Assembly (NCBI GenBank): GCA_977020255.1
Contig: CDROCS010000410.1
Location: 496,001 to 560,000, forward strand
Reading direction: 5' to 3'
Origin: Obrimoposthia wandeli
Lineage: Eukaryota
DNA: 64,000 nucleotides
Positions 1-9,758 of the stretch are shown here, piece after piece. The notes beneath the pieces are model-generated. The model had not been told where the DNA came from. It was given only the letters and a program-made list of their open reading frames with translations, and made no database searches. Position 1 is the first letter of the stretch. Each line of letters begins with the position of its first letter. A program made the translations under genes and the position numbers.

Positions 1-1909
1 GAAACGTTAGATCGCCTTGTTGGCCGCTCTTAACAATCACATTTGCCGCACCGACACCATTAAATTCGGTATTACCGAAGTCAGAGCTGTGGGTTATCAC
101 ATTGGCAATACCTGCACCGTCAAAATACACGTTGCCACGCGTCACATTAGACTTGATGACATTACCGCCACCTGCGCCAATAAAGCGTACATCTCCAGAA
201 CTCTCACCACTATCTGTCGAAGCCTCAATCAATGTTTTTTCGCTATACTCCTCTATATTCTCCACCAGGTCGGAAGTCACCCTTACAGTGTCAACACTGT
301 ACTGTAGATCGCTCAGCGAATATCCGGCATGCTTATAACCATTACCTGCAGAGATATTTTCGTTCGCAATATTAGGCGTATAATCACCTCTTTTATACCA
401 AGGTATTGCTCGGTATTTCAGCTCACCGCTTTCTGGATCATTAGCCAGCTCTACTACCACTATTTTGGTGTATGGACCTTGTAATGAAGCATAAATATAG
501 GTGTTCGGTTTACTGTTGGACTTAACGGACTGTACATCAATCTTCGTACCAACAGTTGAAATAGAGGGACCGCCCATTTTACTATCAGACAAGGTAACAT
601 CAGCAGCATCAATGGAAGTGCCACCTCCATAAGTGATCCATTCGTATTCTGTCAGTTTTTTTTCAATTGCGTGGACGGTTACCGACTGCTGATGATCAAC
701 TTTGAGTTTTGAAAGCGTATAAGCACCGTTTCTCTTTACGTTTACAAAACAATTCTCAGATGAAATCTGTTGATCTGCTAAATCTGTTAAGTGATTGCCC
801 TTTTTATACCAAGACGTTGCGTAGTAACTCAGCTTTCCGGTAACCGGATCGTTATGTAACTTCACTTTACTGATTTTGGTATACGTAGCATCAGCAAAAG
901 CAAAGAGATAGGTGTTAGCTTCTGTCGTTGATTTGACACCGTTTACGGCTTGGCTTTCTTTAATCCACTTACCGCCTAAGTTCGCACTCGTCAGTACAAT
1001 TTCATTAGCATTAGCATCTTCTAAGCCTTTCCCTTCGAAATCATTTTTAGTGCCCTTACGCGTGATCTCATTATATGCACCAGCACCTGAGAAATTGATA
1101 TCACCGTGAGCAACATCAGAATAAATACTGTTATAAGCACCGATTCCTTCGAATTGAATATCTCCTCGAGTTTCACTGTAGACATCATCAGCCTGACGGG
1201 TACGCTCGATGCGGTTTGATGCACCGGCCCCCTGAAAGGTAATATCACCGACCTTGCCCTTACGAACTAGTTGGTTATCTGCACCGGCACCTTGAAAAGA
1301 AATATTACCTGTTTCGACTCGAGAGCTAACACTGTTAGCCGCGCCAATACCATTAAAACTAACATCTCCACTAGAGCCTTGGTAACTATTGAACCAGGTA
1401 CGATCTAACTTATTACCCGCTCCTGCGCCAACGAAATGAAGGTTGCCTTGATTTGTTTCATGCCAAAGACGGTTATGACCACCAGCACCCTCGAATGTCA
1501 CATCGCCACTGATGCCTTTGCGCGTTAAAGCATTATAAGCAGCAACACCGCTATACTTTACATTGCCATGATTACCGGTATGGTCAATAGATACCCCACC
1601 AGCGGCTCCGGCAAAAGAAACATTACCATCGCCATTTTTATTTATGTCTGCATATCCTGCTGCACCGTAAACATCTAGATTACCAGTACTGTCTTCAACT
1701 TTCAGGTAAGCAGCGCCCGCATATACTTTATCGTTTCCACTGCCTGTATTTACGGAGGCTCCGATAGAACCAACAGTGATAGTATCATCGCCCCCATAAG
1801 CCTTTATTTCTCCGCCAAATCCAATCGCAACAATGTTATTGTTACCATCATCAGCAGAATAATTTCCCGTAAAGAAGTACTCAACACTTCTCCAAAATGG
1901 TTTACCCAT
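1..1909 (-). CDS. rtxA: MARTX toxin RtxA, N-terminal 636 codons (truncated by window edge)
   Basis: Manual translation from ATG at 1909 gives MGKPFWRSVEYFFTGNYSADDGNNNIVAIGFGG..., the MARTX N-terminus. Gly-rich A repeats (GDVRFIGAGGGNVIKS, GNTEFNGVGAANVIVKSGQQGDLTF) run to position 1. Not in the ORF track because it has no stop in the window. Confidence 0.97.
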   Translation of the reverse strand, partial: MGKPFWRSVEYFFTGNYSADDGNNNIVAIGFGGEIKAYGGDDTITVGSIGASVNTGSGNDKVYAGAAYLKVEDSTGNLDVYGAAGYADINKNGDGNVSFAGAAGGVSIDHTGNHGNVKYSGVAAYNALTRKGISGDVTFEGAGGHNRLWHETNQGNLHFVGAGAGNKLDRTWFNSYQGSSGDVSFNGIGAANSVSSRVETGNISFQGAGADNQLVRKGKVGDITFQGAGASNRIERTRQADDVYSETRGDIQFEGIGAYNSIYSDVAHGDINFSGAGAYNEITRKGTKNDFEGKGLEDANANEIVLTSANLGGKWIKESQAVNGVKSTTEANTYLFAFADATYTKISKVKLHNDPVTGKLSYYATSWYKKGNHLTDLADQQISSENCFVNVKRNGAYTLSKLKVDHQQSVTVHAIEKKLTEYEWITYGGGTSIDAADVTLSDSKMGGPSISTVGTKIDVQSVKSNSKPNTYIYASLQGPYTKIVVVELANDPESGELKYRAIPWYKRGDYTPNIANENISAGNGYKHAGYSLSDLQYSVDTVRVTSDLVENIEEYSEKTLIEASTDSGESSGDVRFIGAGGGNVIKSNVTRGNVYFDGAGIANVITHSSDFGNTEFNGVGAANVIVKSGQQGDLTF

Positions 1910-1931
1910 AGCAAATCTCTTTAATGTTTAT

Positions 1932-2393
1932 TTAAATAGAAAACCACTGCACACTTCGAGTGCAGAGATTGGTTTGTGTATCTAACTTACCGCGGACAGT
2001 ACACACTTTTTGTCCTTTCCACGGCAAGAACACACGACGACGAAGATCGTTTATAATCTTGCGTCCATGACCGAATGGCGCAATCATTTCTGGGATATAG
2101 ATATGCTCGCCAGAATTCCAATCAGAAGGCAAAAGCTCTCTTGAACCAGAAAGTAGCTCATCTCTATTTTTCTCAGATAAAAACGCCCAATTACAAAAAG
2201 CAATTGGGCGGCCTTGGTCATCTTCGTAATAGCAAAATTGATTCAATTCAAAAGCCGGCATAATACGTTGTTGCCATTCAGCAACAACGTAAAAGCGGTG
2301 CAAAGGAGAGTGTTGGCTAAGTACCATCACCCCACCAATCATTGACTGTATTTTTGAATAATCAAGCTTTGCTGGTTGATAGTTAATCTTCAT
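1932..2393 (-). CDS. rtxC: RTX toxin-activating acyltransferase RtxC (HlyC family)
   Basis: 153 aa; SPLH motif, AFCNWAF and EMIAPFGH of the HlyC/RtxC family; directly upstream of rtxA. Confidence 0.95.
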   Translation of the reverse strand: MKINYQPAKLDYSKIQSMIGGVMVLSQHSPLHRFYVVAEWQQRIMPAFELNQFCYYEDDQGRPIAFCNWAFLSEKNRDELLSGSRELLPSDWNSGEHIYIPEMIAPFGHGRKIINDLRRRVFLPWKGQKVCTVRGKLDTQTNLCTRSVQWFSI

Positions 2394-2410
2394 ATATCAA
2401 CCTCTTAATG

Positions 2411-2755
2411 TTATTTTTTGCTGCGCGCAGTTGGCTTTTTTGGTGCTGCTGACACGGTTACAGGTTTAGAAGCAGGTTGTTCTTGCGTCGGCTCTGCGGG
2501 TAAAAAACCAGCCGCAACTAGCTTGTCAAACTCAGCTGCCATACGCGGATCCTCAAGCATGTTTTTAACCATAGAAACCATATACATAAAGCCAGAAGCT
2601 GGCATATGTACCACTTGTTTCAATTCCAGATCAGTATCATTCTCAGCCATCACACCATTGGACATATTTTGTTGATTCTGTCCGACGAAATACAATGAAA
2701 AAATACCTTTATTGTAATTAACACTTGATACTGTTTGTACGAAGTTCTCAGTCAT
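2411..2755 (-). CDS. rtxH: RtxH-like small conserved protein of MARTX loci
   Basis: 114 aa; directly upstream of rtxC as in rtxHCA. Assigned from position and size. Confidence 0.8.
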   Translation of the reverse strand: MTENFVQTVSSVNYNKGIFSLYFVGQNQQNMSNGVMAENDTDLELKQVVHMPASGFMYMVSMVKNMLEDPRMAAEFDKLVAAGFLPAEPTQEQPASKPVTVSAAPKKPTARSKK

Positions 2756-2839
2756 AAATTTACTCTCTTTTTAAAATTAAAAATTACCGCCGACTACTTT
2801 TCGAAGTAAGTCGTTGGCATACTTACAGCCTATAAAAGG

Positions 2840-5038
2840 CTACGATGCTACTTGCAGATTCCACAGGTTGGCGTAGGTGCCATCTAGGTCAAGTAGCTGT
2901 TGGTGCGTTCCTTGCTCCACGATCTCTCCTTTATCTATTACCAGTATTCGATCCGCATAGCGCAGTGTATTCAGACGGTGAGCAATACTGATCACGGTAC
3001 GCCCTTGGGAAATAGCGTCCATATTTGCCATCACCGCAGCTTCAGACTCGTAATCTAAAGCGCTAGTTGCTTCATCAAGCAGTAAAATACCAGGATTTGT
3101 AAGTAGCGCTCGAGCCAGTGCAACCCGTTGACGTTGGCCGCCAGATAAACGACCGCCTTTTTCCCCTACTTGTGCGTCAAAGCCTTCTGGCTGTTCGCGA
3201 ATAAACTCATCGGCGCCAGCCAGTGTGGCAGCCTGCAGAACTTGTGCATCGCTGGCTAAGGGACAGCAAAGGCGGATGTTTTCAGCAATAGTGCCGGAAA
3301 AAAGCAGGCTCTCTTGTAACACAACGCTCATATTACGGCGCAGTGCCACGGGATCGGCAATCGCTAAATCGATACCATCAACCAGCACCTGTCCGTGCTG
3401 AGGAATATAGAGACGTTGCAACAATCGGGTCAGCGTTGACTTACCAGAACCCGAGGGTCCGGTAATGCCGATAAACTCACCGGGTTTAATATCAAGATTA
3501 AGGTTGCGTAACACTTCCTGACCGTCAGCATGATAACGAAATCGCACGCCACTGAAGCTCACGCCACCAGCCAGCTTAGGTACAGATGCTAGACCGCCAC
3601 TGCCTTGCTCCGTATCTTCATCAAGAATGTCACCAATACGGCGCAGTGAAATCAAAGTATGTTGAAAGTCCTGCCAGATCTGGGCAAGGCGTAGGATCGG
3701 CTGTGTCACATTGCCTGCCAACATATTGAATGCAACAAGTTCTCCAGGCGTTAATAAGCCTTGCATCACTAGCGTAACGCCCCACCACAACACTAATGCC
3801 GAGGTCAATTTTTGAATCAAGCCAATTCCTTGCCCCGCCAATATTCCGATCACTTTGGCGCGAAAAGAAGCGCGTACGAAACTGGCTAATTGACGCTCCC
3901 ATTGGCGTGAAAAAATCGATTCGGTAGCCGTCGTTTTGATGGTTTCAATACCGGTAACCGATTCAATCAAAAAGGCGGTATTATCTGCACTTAATTCATA
4001 TTCTCTTGTTACCCTAGCGCGAAGTGCCGGCCCGACAAGCAGCCAAAAAATAAAATACAGCACCAAAGAGCCGATAACGAGCCAAGTTAGCTTAGCGGCA
4101 TACGTAAACATGACAGCTAAAAACAGCCCAACAAAGGCCAAATCCAATACCATGCTCAATGCGGAACCCGTTAAAAACTGACGGATTTGACTCATTTCCC
4201 GAACTCGCGCAATAATTTCCCCCGTCTGACGTTGCTGAAAATAATTAAGCGGTAAAGTAATCAGATGCTGGTAAAGCCGACTGGATAATTCAGAATTAGT
4301 CTTACTGGCTAGATTGGCAAACAGCCAAGCACGAAGAAAACCATAAACAGGTTCAAATACTGCCAGTACCAGCATCGCAATTCCGAGCACCTGTAAACTG
4401 GAAAGGCTACGGCTGACCAGCACTTTATCAATAACATTTTGAAACAATAACGGCGTCACCAAGGCTATTAACTGCAGCATTAAAGACACCAACAACACAT
4501 AGCGGAACTGCGAAGCATGCTTACGAATAGACGGCACAAACCAAGCAAAACCAAATTTTGTTTTTTTAGGAATATCCAACGCTTCCGCCAGCAGTATTAA
4601 CTCTCCCAGCCAGCACTCATTGAACTCCTGCCGTGAATACTCACAACGATCGGCTTGGCCCGGTATAAATACCGTAAGCGTATCGCCCTCAACCCGTTCC
4701 AATACCATCCAACCTTGCGTTGTCAGCATTAATGCTGGTAAAGGTAACGCAGATAGTCGGTCTATAGTCGAGTTGGTTTGACGAGCCCGTAATCCCAGCC
4801 AAAGTGCACAACGACATAAATCGATACTGTCTGCGACCCCTTCCCTACGTCCCAGTTGATGAGTCAATTGCCCAACATCCACAGATAATTTAAAGTGACC
4901 AGCGGCTCTACTTAGCGCAACCAGACCAGGATCTTCGACAGCATCGTTAGCTGGCATATGGTATGCAGCAGCATTTTGTACAGGTGCATGATCTACAGGT
5001 GTATCCGCTACTGGCACCAATGTTTCGATAGCAGCCAT
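2840..5038 (-). CDS. rtxE: Type I secretion ABC transporter (C39-like domain + TM + ATPase), RtxE
   Basis: 732 aa; Walker A GPSGSGKST, LSGGQRQ signature, LLLDEATSALD; second ATPase, downstream of the HlyD gene as in rtxBDE. Confidence 0.9.
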   Translation of the reverse strand: MAAIETLVPVADTPVDHAPVQNAAAYHMPANDAVEDPGLVALSRAAGHFKLSVDVGQLTHQLGRREGVADSIDLCRCALWLGLRARQTNSTIDRLSALPLPALMLTTQGWMVLERVEGDTLTVFIPGQADRCEYSRQEFNECWLGELILLAEALDIPKKTKFGFAWFVPSIRKHASQFRYVLLVSLMLQLIALVTPLLFQNVIDKVLVSRSLSSLQVLGIAMLVLAVFEPVYGFLRAWLFANLASKTNSELSSRLYQHLITLPLNYFQQRQTGEIIARVREMSQIRQFLTGSALSMVLDLAFVGLFLAVMFTYAAKLTWLVIGSLVLYFIFWLLVGPALRARVTREYELSADNTAFLIESVTGIETIKTTATESIFSRQWERQLASFVRASFRAKVIGILAGQGIGLIQKLTSALVLWWGVTLVMQGLLTPGELVAFNMLAGNVTQPILRLAQIWQDFQHTLISLRRIGDILDEDTEQGSGGLASVPKLAGGVSFSGVRFRYHADGQEVLRNLNLDIKPGEFIGITGPSGSGKSTLTRLLQRLYIPQHGQVLVDGIDLAIADPVALRRNMSVVLQESLLFSGTIAENIRLCCPLASDAQVLQAATLAGADEFIREQPEGFDAQVGEKGGRLSGGQRQRVALARALLTNPGILLLDEATSALDYESEAAVMANMDAISQGRTVISIAHRLNTLRYADRILVIDKGEIVEQGTHQQLLDLDGTYANLWNLQVAS

Positions 5039-6423
5039 TATCGTTCCTTCATCGCTTCAGACTGATACTGCTGCAGAGGGCTAAGCAGGTAGTCAATCAC
5101 TCGTCTATCACCAGTACGGATCTCGGCATTAACACTCATTCCTGCCTGCAGCGGCACCTCTTTATCTTCAACTAGCATAGTGCGCTGTGCGATCCTTACG
5201 CGTGCTGGAAAAACTAAACCAAGTTTCTCATCCTTCACGGAATCTCTAGACACATACGCCACCTTGCCAGCGATGGTCCCGTACCGTGTATAAGGGAAAG
5301 AGTCGACCTTAATTTCAACATTTTGTCCGCTATGCACAAACCCGACATCCTTGTTGAGGATCTTCACTTCAATTTCTAATACCGCATCATCAGGCACGAT
5401 AATCATCAACGGCTTAGCAGCCTCTACAACACCACCGAGAGTGTGCACAGCCAACTGCTGTATAACACCGCTAACCGGGGCGAGCAGACTTTGCAGGCGG
5501 AATTTTTCCTGTAATTTAATCAATTGTTGTCTCATTACCGCAATTGAAGCTTGCACCTGATTAAGCTTGTCATAATACTCACGACGGACTTTCGCCAAAT
5601 AACCGTTACGCTGTTCCTGTTTGCTGCTATATTCAGCTTGAAGAACATCAATCCCGGTGTATTGCTGCGACAGCGAGCGATCTATTTCTAACTTTTCTTT
5701 TTCTTGTTCCAGCAATACCACCCGCGGGATCAAATTGTTTTTTGCTAAGGTACGCTGAGCATCTAAACGGTTGTCAATATTTTCAGCCAATTCACCCAAG
5801 CCTATGATGTCTTTTTTACGCGCATGTTGATTGGCTAAATTAACCTTCATCTCACCGTTGATACTCTCTACATTGGCTTCGATTTCTGCCCATTCACTGC
5901 GTAAATGCGCACGCGCAACACTTACTTGTAGTGGGCTAATACCTGTTGGCACAACAAAGCTATTTAACGGGTCGTCACTCAACAACGCCTGCAAACGGGC
6001 TTGCTCTAGTTTTTTAAAATTTAACTGTTCTTGGATCTCCTGGATCCCCGCTTTAATACCAATAGGATTCAGTTCAATCAACACATCGCCTTTTTTGACC
6101 TGCTGACCATCACGGACATTAATAGCAACCACCTCTCCCGGTTCAATTGATTGGATCACTTTAGAATGGCTGGACACCAATAAACGTCCGGCAGCACTAG
6201 CATGGATATCTAACCTACCGATCACCGACCAAATCAGAGTCAACAGCAGAAGCAAGGTCAATGCTAGCGCCGTACGTCGTGTCCAAGGTGCTGGCGGACG
6301 TTCTACAATTTCTAAATAGCCAGGTTGAAACTCATATTCATCACGAGAGCGCTTAATATCTGCAGCCTCATTACGCTGTGCTTTCAACGCTTGACGAATT
6401 GTTCTTAAGTGTTTGATAAACAT
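5038..6423 (-). CDS. rtxD: HlyD-family type I secretion membrane fusion protein RtxD
   Basis: 461 aa; EFQPGYLEIVERPP, single TM, lipoyl-like motifs, C-terminal AEIRTGDRRVIDYLLSPL; 1-nt overlaps with both neighbours. Confidence 0.93.
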   Translation of the reverse strand: MFIKHLRTIRQALKAQRNEAADIKRSRDEYEFQPGYLEIVERPPAPWTRRTALALTLLLLLTLIWSVIGRLDIHASAAGRLLVSSHSKVIQSIEPGEVVAINVRDGQQVKKGDVLIELNPIGIKAGIQEIQEQLNFKKLEQARLQALLSDDPLNSFVVPTGISPLQVSVARAHLRSEWAEIEANVESINGEMKVNLANQHARKKDIIGLGELAENIDNRLDAQRTLAKNNLIPRVVLLEQEKEKLEIDRSLSQQYTGIDVLQAEYSSKQEQRNGYLAKVRREYYDKLNQVQASIAVMRQQLIKLQEKFRLQSLLAPVSGVIQQLAVHTLGGVVEAAKPLMIIVPDDAVLEIEVKILNKDVGFVHSGQNVEIKVDSFPYTRYGTIAGKVAYVSRDSVKDEKLGLVFPARVRIAQRTMLVEDKEVPLQAGMSVNAEIRTGDRRVIDYLLSPLQQYQSEAMKER

Positions 6424-8558
6424 CAGTCTGTTTCCTTACGTAATTCCTGCTGTAAGCGCCATAAACGGGCATAACATCCCTGCAGCGCTAATAACTGTTG
6501 ATGACTACCAGATTCAGTAATATGACCTTTTTCTAGGGTTATGATGCGGTCGCAATGGCGCACTGTTGATAACCGATGAGCGACAATAATAACGGTTCGA
6601 CTGCGGGATATTGCTTGCATATTCTCCTGAATGATCGCCTGTGACTGATCGTCAAGCGCACTCGTTGCTTCATCAAAAATTAGAATTTTAGGATTGGCCA
6701 TTAACGCGCGAGCAATGGCGACTCGCTGTCGCTGTCCACCTGATAATGAACTTCCGGCTTCCGCTAAAATAGTGTCGTAACCAAGTGGAAGTTGTAAAAT
6801 GAAGTCATGCGCGCCAGCTAACTTCGCAGCAGCGACTACGTCTTCTAAACAAGCACTGGGATCTTTTATCGCGATGTTGTTACGCACGCTACGGTTGAAC
6901 AAGTAATTGTCCTGTAACACAACACCTATTTGGCTGCGCAGGTAATCTGGCGCTAGACTGTGCAGTGGTATACCATCGATGAGAATACTGCCGCTTTGTG
7001 GGGTATAAAGCTTCTGCAGCAGACGTGTTAACGTCGACTTGCCAGAGCCCGAGGGACCAACAATACCTAAGCTTTCACCCGCTTGGATATGGAGATTGAT
7101 ATCACACAGTACAGGGTCAAGATTAGGTTGATACTTAAATGAAATATTCTGCATTCGCAACTCACCACAAAGTACTGCAGTAGGGACTTCAGTTCCCTGT
7201 TCCTGCTCTACTGGCAGGTTCAGCATGTCCCCCAATTTGTCCACAGCAACGCGGGTCTGTATAAATTGTTGCCAAAGTTCAACCAGTTTGGCGATCGGTT
7301 GGCTAACATGCGAGGTCATCATATTAAATGCAATCAACTGACCAATAGTCAGCTCTAATGACATCACTTCATTTGCCCCAACCCAGATAACTGCCACCCC
7401 CGTGACTTTCTGCAACAAGGTGACAATATGACTGATCACCCCGTTTAATGTCTGCGTCTGAAAGCCAGCGTCGACCATTTCTTGAGTTTGCGATTCCCAA
7501 CGTCGCTGCATGCTCGGCTCTACCGCTAAGCTTTTGATCGTCTCAACACCGCTGACCGACTCATTTAAAAATGAAGTATTCATAGCCGAAGTCTGAAACT
7601 GGCGTTCTATACGTGCTTGTAAAGGACGAGTACTTAACCAAGCGAGCAAAAAATAAAAAGGTAGACTTGCCAATACAATCCAAGTTAACAGTGGCGATAA
7701 CCAGGCCATAACACCAAAAAATACAAACGTAAACATAACATCGACACAAAGGGTAAGCATCGAACCCGTCAAGAAATCACGAATACTATCGAGTTCCTGA
7801 ACACGGGTAATGATCGCGCCGACTTGGCGTTGTTTGAAATAGAGGAGCGGCAAACCAAGCAAATGACGAAACAACTTAATGCCCAGCTCTATATCAATAC
7901 GGTTGGAGGTATGCGCAAACAAATACTCTCGCATTCCCTTCAACACAACTTCAAAGATACCGACAATCACCAGTACCATAACCAGCACATCAAGCGTAGA
8001 CAACGCATTATGAACAAGTACTTTATCCATAACCACTTGAAAAAAAAGTGGAGTTGCTAAAGCGAGTAACTGTAACATCAATGAAAATAGCAGGACTTCG
8101 GCAAGTAACTTACGGTGGCGGACAAACTCAGGAATGAACCAAGATATATCGAAACGCAAAGCTTCTCCTTGTAACGTGATCACCACACCTCCCCACTGAG
8201 CCTGTAATTCATCGATACTTAACAATGTCGGGCCAGAAGCTTCTGGAGACTGAATTAAAGCCTGGTCAGCAGATATTTTCGCCAACACCACATATAAACC
8301 ATCACTATTCTTAAAAGCCAAAGGCAACATTTTTGCTGATATTTTGGCTAGCTTTAATTTAGAAACGCCTAAATTAACATCGTTGGTTTTAGCAAACTGC
8401 TTAATGATTTTTTTAAGAGATAAGCGATCATCAAATTTTTCACAGGGCTTTGCCTTCGCTCCCGACAACTGCAACAACAATGCTGAGCATGCTAGTGCCG
8501 AAGCTGTAGTTGTATATTTCACAGATGAATTAAGGTCGCTACAGGTAAGATTTTGCAT
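6423..8558 (-). CDS. rtxB: Type I secretion ABC transporter RtxB
   Basis: 711 aa; GPSGSGKST, LSGGQRQ, IFDEATSALD; first gene of the B-D-E order. Confidence 0.9.
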   Translation of the reverse strand: MQNLTCSDLNSSVKYTTTASALACSALLLQLSGAKAKPCEKFDDRLSLKKIIKQFAKTNDVNLGVSKLKLAKISAKMLPLAFKNSDGLYVVLAKISADQALIQSPEASGPTLLSIDELQAQWGGVVITLQGEALRFDISWFIPEFVRHRKLLAEVLLFSLMLQLLALATPLFFQVVMDKVLVHNALSTLDVLVMVLVIVGIFEVVLKGMREYLFAHTSNRIDIELGIKLFRHLLGLPLLYFKQRQVGAIITRVQELDSIRDFLTGSMLTLCVDVMFTFVFFGVMAWLSPLLTWIVLASLPFYFLLAWLSTRPLQARIERQFQTSAMNTSFLNESVSGVETIKSLAVEPSMQRRWESQTQEMVDAGFQTQTLNGVISHIVTLLQKVTGVAVIWVGANEVMSLELTIGQLIAFNMMTSHVSQPIAKLVELWQQFIQTRVAVDKLGDMLNLPVEQEQGTEVPTAVLCGELRMQNISFKYQPNLDPVLCDINLHIQAGESLGIVGPSGSGKSTLTRLLQKLYTPQSGSILIDGIPLHSLAPDYLRSQIGVVLQDNYLFNRSVRNNIAIKDPSACLEDVVAAAKLAGAHDFILQLPLGYDTILAEAGSSLSGGQRQRVAIARALMANPKILIFDEATSALDDQSQAIIQENMQAISRSRTVIIVAHRLSTVRHCDRIITLEKGHITESGSHQQLLALQGCYARLWRLQQELRKETD

Positions 8559-8750
8559 AAAATTAATATTCGCCCACTGAATGTCTATAAACCATTACAA
8601 AACTAAAAATAATTACAATTAAACGTAAACAGCTATAAGTATTAATAAAAAACAATAAAGTTTAATAAAATACTGCAAGGGCGCGTAAAGTATCGTAAAG
8701 ATCTCTTTTCAGCTACATATGCCATTGTTAAATATGACACCTAGTCATAT

Positions 8751-8772
8751 AAGTGCGATCTAAGTCACACTT
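8751..8772. promoter_or_regulatory. Putative CRP-binding site upstream of rtxB
   Basis: AAG-TGCGA-TCTAAG-TCACA-CTT versus consensus TGTGA-N6-TCACA (9/10), about 195 bp upstream of the rtxB start. Confidence 0.55.
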
Positions 8773-9515
8773 TTTGATTCACCGCCCAAGTAACGCTCAA
8801 AATTTGAACTGTATGTTTTTATTAGGTTTTACTTTTAAAATTTATCATTACTTATTTATGGGTAATACTGAGGAAACGACTCAGATTATGCACTGCAAGT
8901 GTTGAATAACTGGCGCGTATAATTAATGGAAAAGTTATTGTTGGCATCTAATTAACCACAGCTCTGAATCTCAGATTAAGTTTGCATTAGTTAAAACATG
9001 TATTTAGACGCTGCGATATTGATTTCGGAACACCGATGACCAACATAGATGAATAAAAATAATCATCATGACTAGGTAGGGTGACATAATAGAATCAATG
9101 GTAAATCGATATGAACATATTACGATTGAGCAACAACTCTGTTGACATCAACCGTCACTGGACAACTTCAAGTTATCCCCCCGGTATTAGACCAGTTGTT
9201 AATATCCTGAACATAAGTGAATAAAGTTAACAATACTATATGAAACAATAACTTATGATTAAGAATGGCTGTATTTTAAAGACGCTGGATAGCTTGTATT
9301 GAAAAGTATTTAATGAGCAGATTGTTCAATTGAATTTGGTATACATAATGGTGGTGAGCGCTTGGTCAGATTTGCTTAATAACAAATACAGAACTATAAC
9401 TACAGAGAGTAATAAATTAAGAAAGACTAAGATTGGGATGTTCGATAAGAGATTGATTTGATATAGATTTGGAAAAGCAGAACGTCAGAAACGCGAAAAG
9501 CACAACACTTTTGAA

Positions 9516-9625
9516 GGATACCCTACAAGCCTCACTCCGGCACTTGAGTTCTCTGCTGCGGTTGCTTCCTTCCGGACCTGGCCGAGTTCACAGAGTATCA
9601 ATGCGGAGGGACCCATAAGGCACCC
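9516..9625 (-). ncRNA. ffs: SRP 4.5S RNA (signal recognition particle RNA)
   Basis: The minus strand reads GGGTGCC...CAGGTCCGGAAGGAAGCA...GGTATCC: conserved domain IV with GGAA tetraloop plus complementary termini. Confidence 0.96.
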
Positions 9626-9758
9626 ATCAAATGTGTTGTGCTTGACAACGAGTGAATTATTAACTATTCACCGATTCTTTGCAACCGTTTATAGCAGTTT
9701 TATTCACTATAAATATCGTTTGCACACTATCCAACCAAGTCGATCAATTCCAGCGCAA

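Noticed and set aside
17-1248. Short ORFs on both strands at the left edge
   Set aside because: Shadows of the rtxA reading frame, which the track missed.
8559-9480. Possible small genes or transposase remnants in the rtxB-ffs gap
   Set aside because: Only ORFs of about 30 codons or fewer without RBS; no terminal inverted repeats or recognisable motifs.
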